Below, one piece after another: positions 49,439 to 64,000 of a stretch of DNA of 64,000 nucleotides. The stretch is taken from positions 62,001 to 126,000 of the forward strand of contig NIVC01000611.1 in NCBI GenBank assembly GCA_002269645.1, given 5' to 3'. Numbering within the stretch: the stretch's first letter is position 1; each line of letters begins with the position of its first letter. The notes below the pieces were generated by a model, which searched no databases, was not told the DNA's origin, and saw only the letters and a program-made list of their open reading frames with translations. The translations under genes were made by a program, and so were the position numbers. This DNA is from Macrostomum lignano. Lineage: Eukaryota.

Positions 49439-51088
49439 ATGTCAACCGAAAACCAGCCGCAGCAGCAGCCGCCTCCCATCGCCCTGGCCTGCTCCCAGTG
49501 CAGCTGCGCTCTGGCCGGCTGTCGCTACGTCCTTGACGACAAGCAGCCCGCCTGCCTCAGCTGCTTTGACAGCCGCCTGGCCAACACCTGCGCCGCCTGC
49601 GGAGCGAAGATCGGGTGCGACTCCAAGGACGTGAGCTACGGCCAGCGCCACTGGCACGAGGCCTGCTTCCGGTGCGCCGGCTGCTCCGCCCAGCTGGCCG
49701 GGAGCTCCTTCTCGGTGAAGTCCGACGCCATCTACTGCCTGATGTGCTACGAGACTCGCTTCGCCGAGCGCTGCAGCCGCTGCCGGGAGGCGTTCAAAGC
49801 TGGTCAGAGGAAGTTCGAGTTCCGGTCGCGCCAGTACCACGACAGCTGCTTCCTCTGCTGCGAGTGCGGCGCCCAGATCGGCGGCGCCAGCTTCATTCCG
49901 CGCGGCGGAAGTGGCGCCAATGACGAGTCGGCCGAGTGCTGCTGCATGGCCTGCTACGAGGCCAAGTATGCCCAGCGTTGCGCCGACTGCAGACAGGTGG
50001 GCTGTTGCTGTGCTGGTTGCTATGGCGTTTCTATGGCGTTCCTTTGAGGTTGCTATGGGGTTGCAATGGGGTTTCTATGGAGTTGCTATAGGGTTGCTAT
50101 GTCGTTGCTATGGCGTTGCTATGGCGTTGCTATTGAGTTTCTATGGGGTTGCTATGGCTCCATTATACTGATTTAGTATGGAGTTGCCATGGTGTTGCTA
50201 TAATGTTGCTGTTGAGTTGCTATTGGCAGTGCTATTTGCTATGGAGTTACGAAGTTGTTACATACTTTTATATAGCTGCTAAAAATGCTATGGTGTTGCT
50301 ATGGAAACTAAAAACAGTTGCTATCGCGCTTCCATATAGTTGTTATGGAATTGCTAGAGTTGCTATGACGTTGCTATGGAGTTGCTATGACGTTGCTATG
50401 GCGTTGCTTTGACTTTGCTATGGAGTTGCTATGTTGTGCTATGGAGTTGCTATGACGTTGCTATGGAGTTGCTATGACGTTGCTATGGAGTTGCTATGAC
50501 GTTGCTATGGAGTTACTATGACGTTGCTATGGAGTTGCTATGACGTTGCTATGGAGTTGCTATGACGTTGCTATGGAGTTGCTATGACGTTGCTATGGAG
50601 TTGCTATGACGTTGCTATGGAGTTGCTATGGCGTTGCTATGATAGCCAGGCTAAATGTACACTCCCATCGAACACAAGCCGTCGGCCAAAATCCCGCTCA
50701 GGTCATTCGTAAAGGCGGCGTGAGCTACAAAGGCCGGCCGTACCACTCGGACTGTCTGGTGTGCGGCCACTGCGCCAAGCCCCTCTGCGGCCTCAAGTTC
50801 ACCTCGCACGAGGACCGGCCGTTCTGCGGCGACTGCTACGGCGAGCTGTTCGCCAGGCGCTGCTCCGCCTGCTTGAAGCCGATCACCGGCTTCACTGGCA
50901 GCAAGTTCATCTCGTTCGAGCAGCGTGACTGGCACTCGCAGTGCTTCAACTGCGCCCGCTGCGGCGCCAGCCTGGTTGGCAAAGGCTTCTTGGCCGATGG
51001 GGAGAAGGTCGTGTGCACCGAGTGCGGCGGCGTCGGGGGCAGCGGTGGCGCGTCAGGGTCAGGCATCAGTCAGGCTGCTGACAAGTGA
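49439..51088 (+). CDS. FHL2: Four-and-a-half LIM domain protein (FHL2/Limpet-like), 2 exons
   Basis: Exons 49439-49996 and 50702-51088 (phase 0). A half LIM plus four LIMs (CxxC...HxxCxxCxxC...CxxC); matches such as IGCDSKDVSYGQRHWHEACF, GGVSYKGRPYH, CLKPITGFTGSKFISFEQRDWHSQCFNC. Exact paralog not resolvable. Confidence 0.88.
50020..50640. repeat. GTTGCTATG(G/A)-based minisatellite in the FHL intron
   Basis: Degenerate to near-perfect tandem units. Confidence 0.85.
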
Positions 51089-51274
51089 AATTCCTAGGAC
51101 GATTAAGAGGAAGACGCGTTACAAATGAGGACAATTTTTTTTTTGAAGGCCTGAGTTTTCTTTGACATGCATTGGTGGAAGATTTTGGGAATTTTTCAAA
51201 ATTTTTAGAAACTGGCACATATGGGAGCGAAAGATGAAAATGCTGAGATATTGCGCCAATTTGACTTCTGCCTC

Positions 51275-51690
51275 GGCATCTCAGCACCTCCCCATTGAGT
51301 CATGGCATCTCAGCAGCTCCCCATTGAGTCATGGCATCTCAGCACCTCCCCATTGAGTCATGGCATCTCAGCACCTCCCCATTGAGTCATGGCATCTCAG
51401 CACCTCCCCATTGAGTCATGGCATCTCAGCACCTCCCCATTGAGTCATGGCATCTCAGCACCTCCCCATTGAGTCATGGCATCTCAGCACCTCCCCATTG
51501 AGTCATGGCATCTCAGCACCTCCCCATTGATTCATGGCATATCAGCACCTCCCCATTGAGTCATGGCATCTCAGCACCTCCCCATTGAGTCATGGCATCT
51601 CAGCACCTCCCCATTGAGTCATGGCATCTCAGCACCTCCCCATTGAGTCATGGCATCTCAGCACCTCCCCATTGAGTCATGGCATCATGG
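51275..51690. repeat. 29-bp TGAGTCATGGCATCTCAGCACCTCCCCAT minisatellite 3' of the FHL gene
   Basis: Same unit as 194-340. Confidence 0.95.
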
Positions 51691-52394
51691 CATTTCATGG
51701 TAAGATTGAGTTGCATACATGTACTTATCAAGTCACCTGATTCTTTTAAAGTTATAGAATTCAAAATCCAGCCGAGCCTAATTATGTCGGATTTTATTTG
51801 GGGTTTTTTGCTTTCGACCTGTGCACGATGAGCATTCAACTTGCTTAGAAATATTATTTTAACACGCAATTTTTGTTTACACTTATTATAGCCATTGCCT
51901 CATATGCATATTATATCTATTTATTTACGAGTTAAAGCAAAAATACTAATAAAAATCGCATGCTTATGACCTAAAAATAGTGTGTAGTGCAGATATTGTT
52001 TTATTATTATTCGTAAAATTTTCGAATAAATATATATTTGCTCCTGCTTAGCGCGCGTACGAGTTTTACTCAGTAAATACTTATTAATCTTGAACTTTAG
52101 CTCACTGCTTGATTCGTGGATTTAATTATTATTTATGCTATACACTGCAAATATAATTCTGCTGAAAACATAATTGTGTGTAGAATTTTTTCCACTGTGT
52201 AATGTACAGGTACGAAAGTAGAAATGCAGATCGCAGGCTGAAGATATCCTTTGCACTTTTTTCTCCGCAATTTGAATTTTCTTGTATGAACTTTTAATTA
52301 AGGTGAATTTAGTGAGTGTTTCTGCTCACCTGATATTTCTCGGGTAAATTTTATCCTTTTTGTGACATTTCCTTGTCCAACTTCAACATACTGC

Positions 52395-54300
52395 AGCACC
52401 AGCCTCCCAGATCCTCAGTTGCTGGGCCAGCCTCTCAGATCCTCAGTTGCTGGACCATGCAGTGTCCTCCCAGAGTGTCAGTTGTTGGGCCAGCCTCCCA
52501 GAGTGTCAGTTGTTGGGCCAGCCTCCCAGAGTGTCAGTTGTTGGGCCAGCCTCCCAGAGTGTCAGTTGTTGGGCCAGCTTCCCAGATCCCCAGTTAATCA
52601 ACCCAAGCCCAATACCCAGCAGTCTGTCTCCCTATCCAACCACCAGTCATTCTTATCACCTCGTTATAAAACTGTGTGCAGCAAAATAGCTTTGCCATTG
52701 CAACTATTTTAGATGACAAATCTTATTAACATTTATTATTACAGTTTATTACATTTTCCTCCAATCAATTTTTTTTAAATAGAAATGTTTAAAAACAATA
52801 TTCAGTTATTCTTATACTACTCAATGCAATTAAGCTTGTTAATGTTTTCATTGTGTTTAACAAGAGCACAAAAAGCCAGAAAAACAGCATGCAGTCATTT
52901 TATGAAGTGCTTATTGATCTACTCATTGAAACTGAATCTATTGAGTCTATTCACTTCCATCAATTTATTGACTTCGGTAAAAATCTTGCTGACATGCAGG
53001 TAAGTCATGTTAATTAATTGCCGATTTGACGATGTAGTCACAAATTTAGAAGGGTTCTGCGTCTTGAGAGCTGTGCTGAGTTGCAAAAATAATCAGCGTG
53101 TCTGCTTTTGTGCTTTCATAATGGTTTGGTTATTGATCCGGCATGATCGAAATTTATGAGAGTAGCAGTGGCATAGCAACTGTGGATCTGGGAGGCTGGC
53201 CCAGCTAGTGAGGATCTGGGAGGCTGGCGCAGCAACTGAGGATCTGGGAGGCTGGCCCAGCAACTGAGGATCTGGGAGGCTGGTCCAGCAACTGAGGATA
53301 TGGGAGGCTGGTCCAGCAACTGAGGATCTGGGAGGCTGGCGCAGCAACTGAGGATCTGGGAGGCTGGCGCAGCAACTGAGGATCTGGGAGGCTGGCCCAG
53401 CAACTGAAGATCTGGGAGCGTGCCAGAGGCCCAGCAGCTGCCCAGCAACTGAGGATCTGGGAGGCTGGTCCAGCAACTGAGGATCTGGGAGGCTGGCCCA
53501 GCAACTGAGGATCTGGGAGGCTGGCCGAGCAACTGAGGATCTGGGAGGCTGGCCCAGCAACTGGGGATCTGGGAGGCTGGCCCAGCAACTGAGGATCTGG
53601 GAGGCTGGCCTAGCAACTAAGGATCTGGGAGGCTGGCGCAGCAACTGAGGATCTGGGAGGCTGGCGCAGCAACTGAGGATCTGGGAGGCTAGCCCAGCAA
53701 CTGAGGATCTGGGATGCTGGCCCAGCAACTGAGGATCTGGGAGGCTGGCCCAGCAACTGACACTCTGGGATACTGGCCCAGCAACTGACACTCTGGGATA
53801 CTGGCCCAGCAACTGAGGATCTGGGATACTGGCCCAGCATCTGAGGATCTGGGAGGCTGGCCCAGCAACTGAGGATCTGGGATACTGGCCCAGCAACTGA
53901 GGATCTGGGAGGCTGGCGCAGCAACTGAGGATCTGGGATACTGGCCCAGCAACTAAGGATTTGGGAGGCTGGCCCAGCAACTGAGGATTTGGGAGGCTGG
54001 CCCAGCAACTGACACTCTGGGATACTGGCCCAGCAACTGACACTCTGGGATACTGGCCCAGCAACTGACACTCTGGGATACTGGCCCAGCAACTGACACT
54101 CTGGGATACTGGCCCAGCAACTGACACTCTGGGATACTGGCCCAGCATCTGAGGATCTGGGATACTGGCCCAGCAACTGAGGATCTGGGATACTGGCCCA
54201 GCATCTGAGGATCTGGGAGGCTGACCCAGCAACTGACACTCTGGGAGACTGGCCCAACAACTGACACTCTGGGAGGCTGGACCAGCAACTGAGGATCTCT
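52395..54300. repeat. Two oppositely oriented blocks of the 28-bp minisatellite (52395-52590 and 53180-54300)
   Basis: Same unit family as 31745-32035 and 40720-41460. Confidence 0.9.
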
Positions 54301-54792
54301 CTACAGGAATCAAAGCTTGCTGAGACTAACATCTACCTGTTAATGTGCTGCATGTACAGGTATACAGCGCTTCTCCGAGAATCTAGAAGCAATCAAAACT
54401 CACAGATCAGTGCGCAAAAGTTAGCAGGTTAAAAATCAATATTTCAGTCATAGCATTATTGCAGAATACTGTACGTGAGCATGCTAGGAACTAAGGGCTG
54501 GATCTAGTAGTCCTACTAAAAGCAGGTAGATGTGCTAATTTGAAGTTATCTTAAATATTTCAATTAAAAATGTTAAACAATATGGAATTATGAAACAAGC
54601 AGTGCAAAGTCCTGTATCCAAGGTAAGCAAACGGTTGCTAAGCGACGAGTTTCTTTTTCACTTTTTTCAAAATCAATTTAGCGAAATCTTCAAAGGAAGC
54701 ATCTTTATAGTAGCATTGAGAAAACCAAGAGGGTAAACAGCGAGTAAACTATGACAGCTTAAAACTCGTCAGCTAATTCGTTGAAAAAATTT

Positions 54793-61872
<7,080 letters not shown>

Positions 61873-63095
61873 TATAAGTTACTCGCAATCTAGTCCTGCT
61901 GGGGAAAGATTTGTTTAAATCGGATCAACTAATAGATTAACAAATTCGTCCTTGTTAATTTTTTCTAATTAAAATTAGACATTTAAATGTTTAATGACAA
62001 TCAGTGCTAGGTTTTACCGTTATCGCCTTTTATACAGCCCTGTAAAGTCAGGGAGGAGGGTGGAGAGGAGAGGTAAGGAAGGCAAAGAATGGCTGAAAGG
62101 ACACAGCGTTGACACGTTCGTACAGATAGCGGAGCGGGGTCGATAATCTCAAGTTAGAACCGCTCCGCCGCTAGGCCGCGAGTGTACATTTGGGGGGAAT
62201 TCCGGTTTGGACTGGGGAGGGGGTGAAGCTGGGTTGACGCGGTGGGTGGGTGGGTAGAGCAGGCCAATCTAGCGGAGAGGGGGGTTGAGGTGTGATAAGG
62301 TCCCCCAGACGAATGTACACTTTCCCTCGCAGAGTACATTCAAAACATCCTCTATTTTCTCTCCCCCTCATGTCTCAGAGCTGAGAGCTGGGCTACACCG
62401 CCTCAAACCAGCTCGGAACTCCCGTACGCCCGCTCCGGCTCCGACCCGGTTTAAAAATACCTACCGTTGAAAAAACTTACTTTTACTAGAAATTATCGCG
62501 ACTTGATGGAAAAGCATAAGTTGCTACTTCTAGTAGAGCAGAGTAGCCAGAACAATGTTTCGGTTTAAGAAATATGCGCGCAATGTTTCCATTAAAAACT
62601 CACTTGATCATCATCTATGCAGATTAAACAGTCCAGCAGCATAACTGCTGCATATGTGCGAACTGATCTGGTTTTATAATTGGTCCTTTTATATAATTTA
62701 TGTATAGAGCATATATTAAGCCACGTGCACTGAAAGTGAGCATTCATCTAGATCTTGTCTCTAGTCTGAAACTATTATATAAGGAGTTAATGGGCTTTGG
62801 CCATAAACACAAAGAGAAATAAGATTTATCAAAACAACGTTTTATTGAAACAGTATTCAGAGGCGGATCTAGGATTTTTCCGTGGGAAGGGCCGAGTGGG
62901 TCGGTTGACCCCTTGAACCCTGGATCTGGGGGATGGGGGTCAGCTGACCTCTGAAGCCTGGATCCGCTTTTGATTCAGTGCCAAAAGCCTGCTTAAATGA
63001 CTTACGATCTCATTGGTGCAAGACCTTTAATCAAAGGTGCTAGAATAATTATATTTCTCACTCGCAGTTAAAACTGGGAATAGTAGATCCGTCTA

Positions 63096-63745
63096 CACTC
63101 AGCAACAGTCAAAAGTTCCACCCACCAAGCGGGATGAAAATTTTCTCACTTATTGCGACACATTCTCACTCACAATTCAACCCTCAAGTTACGCAACTAA
63201 GCCGCGGCGAGGAAGGGGAAGTTGACTGTATCAATGACTTGTAATAAATGTCAGTCGCACAAAATCATAAAAAAATTTAATGCAATATTCAGTTAGAATC
63301 GCGATGCTTAATAACGCGTGTGGGATCCCCTCGCACGCAGAAATGCGCGATTCTGCGGGGCATCCCCAGGATGAGGCGGCGCAGAAAGTCCTGGAGAAGC
63401 TGCTGCCAAGCGTTTTCAATGGCATGACGCAGCTCCGCAACATTCTGTGGTGGATTCTCTTTTCGAATGCTGCGTTTTAGAAGTTTCAGACATGCTCGAT
63501 GGGATTCATGTTTGGGGACCGGGAAGGCCATGCAGCGCAGAGTGCGCAGCTGTAGCTGTTCTTTCAATTGACTAACATACAGCATCGGCTCGGTGTGGCG
63601 GCGCGTTGTCCTCCTGGACCATTAAGCAGACAAAAGCCGCCCCCAAGTGGCAATAAGATTTATTCGTGTCGTAAGTTGCGTCACTCGAAATAAGTGAAAA
63701 AATCATCTCACTTAGTGGGGTGGAACTTTTGACTGTTGTTGAGTA
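63096..63745 (-). mobile_element. Internally deleted Tc1/mariner element with a pseudogenised transposase 3' fragment
   Basis: TA TSD at 63094-95 and 63746-47; TIR CACTCAGCAACAGTCAAAAGTTCCACCC / GGGTGGAACTTTTGACTGTTGTTGAGTA. Minus-strand remnants QEDNAPPHRA, WPSRSPNMNPIEHV* and LLKRSIRKENPPQNVAELRHAIENAWQQL..., broken by stops and frameshifts. Confidence 0.88.
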
Positions 63746-64000
63746 TACTCTTTTGCCATAGTTTGTCTGCGCAGTGTCACTTGAACTTAGTGCGGCAGCC
63801 AAAATTCAGGGAATCCTATTTGTTTCACCAGGAACCGACACTGGTCCCGCACCACCCCACCTCCCCTACAAGTTGAGGCCCAAGCCTTCGAGCCTTCGAG
63901 ACTCGGGAGTTTTTGTGAGTAAACCCTTCCTTGTAGGGAGGTTTTGTGGGGACGAAAAATAACAGAAGAGTAATTTTTAGTTGAGAGTTAGGGAGAATAA

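Noticed and set aside
62850-62975. Possible MITE with CAGAGGCGGATCTAGG / CCTGGATCCGCTTTTG ends
   Set aside because: Inverted ends are imperfect and no TSD could be found; too weak to list.

Overview
Eukaryotic (animal) genomic DNA, not prokaryotic. GC-rich exons, introns filled with minisatellites and many small DNA transposons suggest a flatworm such as Macrostomum (inference only). Spliced genes reconstructed by hand from GT/AG junctions and reading frame: DDX55-like DEAD-box helicase (+, 1522-8829), PLA2G15/LCAT-like lipase (-, 9459-17547), PNKP (+, 27597-32418), ATP5S/DMAC2L-like (+, 33375-34209), a divergent RRM+zinc-knuckle gene lacking an RS domain (+, 34922-35461), SRSF3/7-like SR protein (+, 37358-40197), DMAC2/ATP5SL-like (+, ~41515-42299), FHL-type LIM protein (+, 49439-51088) and ETNPPL/PHYKPL-like aminotransferase (-, 54793-61872). 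Most long ORFs in the supplied track are artefacts of tandem repeats. Most notable observations: (1) six SNORD76-like box C/D snoRNAs packed into two PNKP introns; (2) two arrays of a conserved CCGATATGTA(T/G)CG motif flanking the 60-nt RS exon of the SR gene, with a perfect inverted copy upstream of the gene, next to a candidate poison exon and an RS-less paralog; (3) an intronic minisatellite that is a tandem amplification of its own exon-intron junction; (4) nested and foldback-like transposons with readable target-site duplications; (5) an ~8 kb AT-rich, CpG-poor block.
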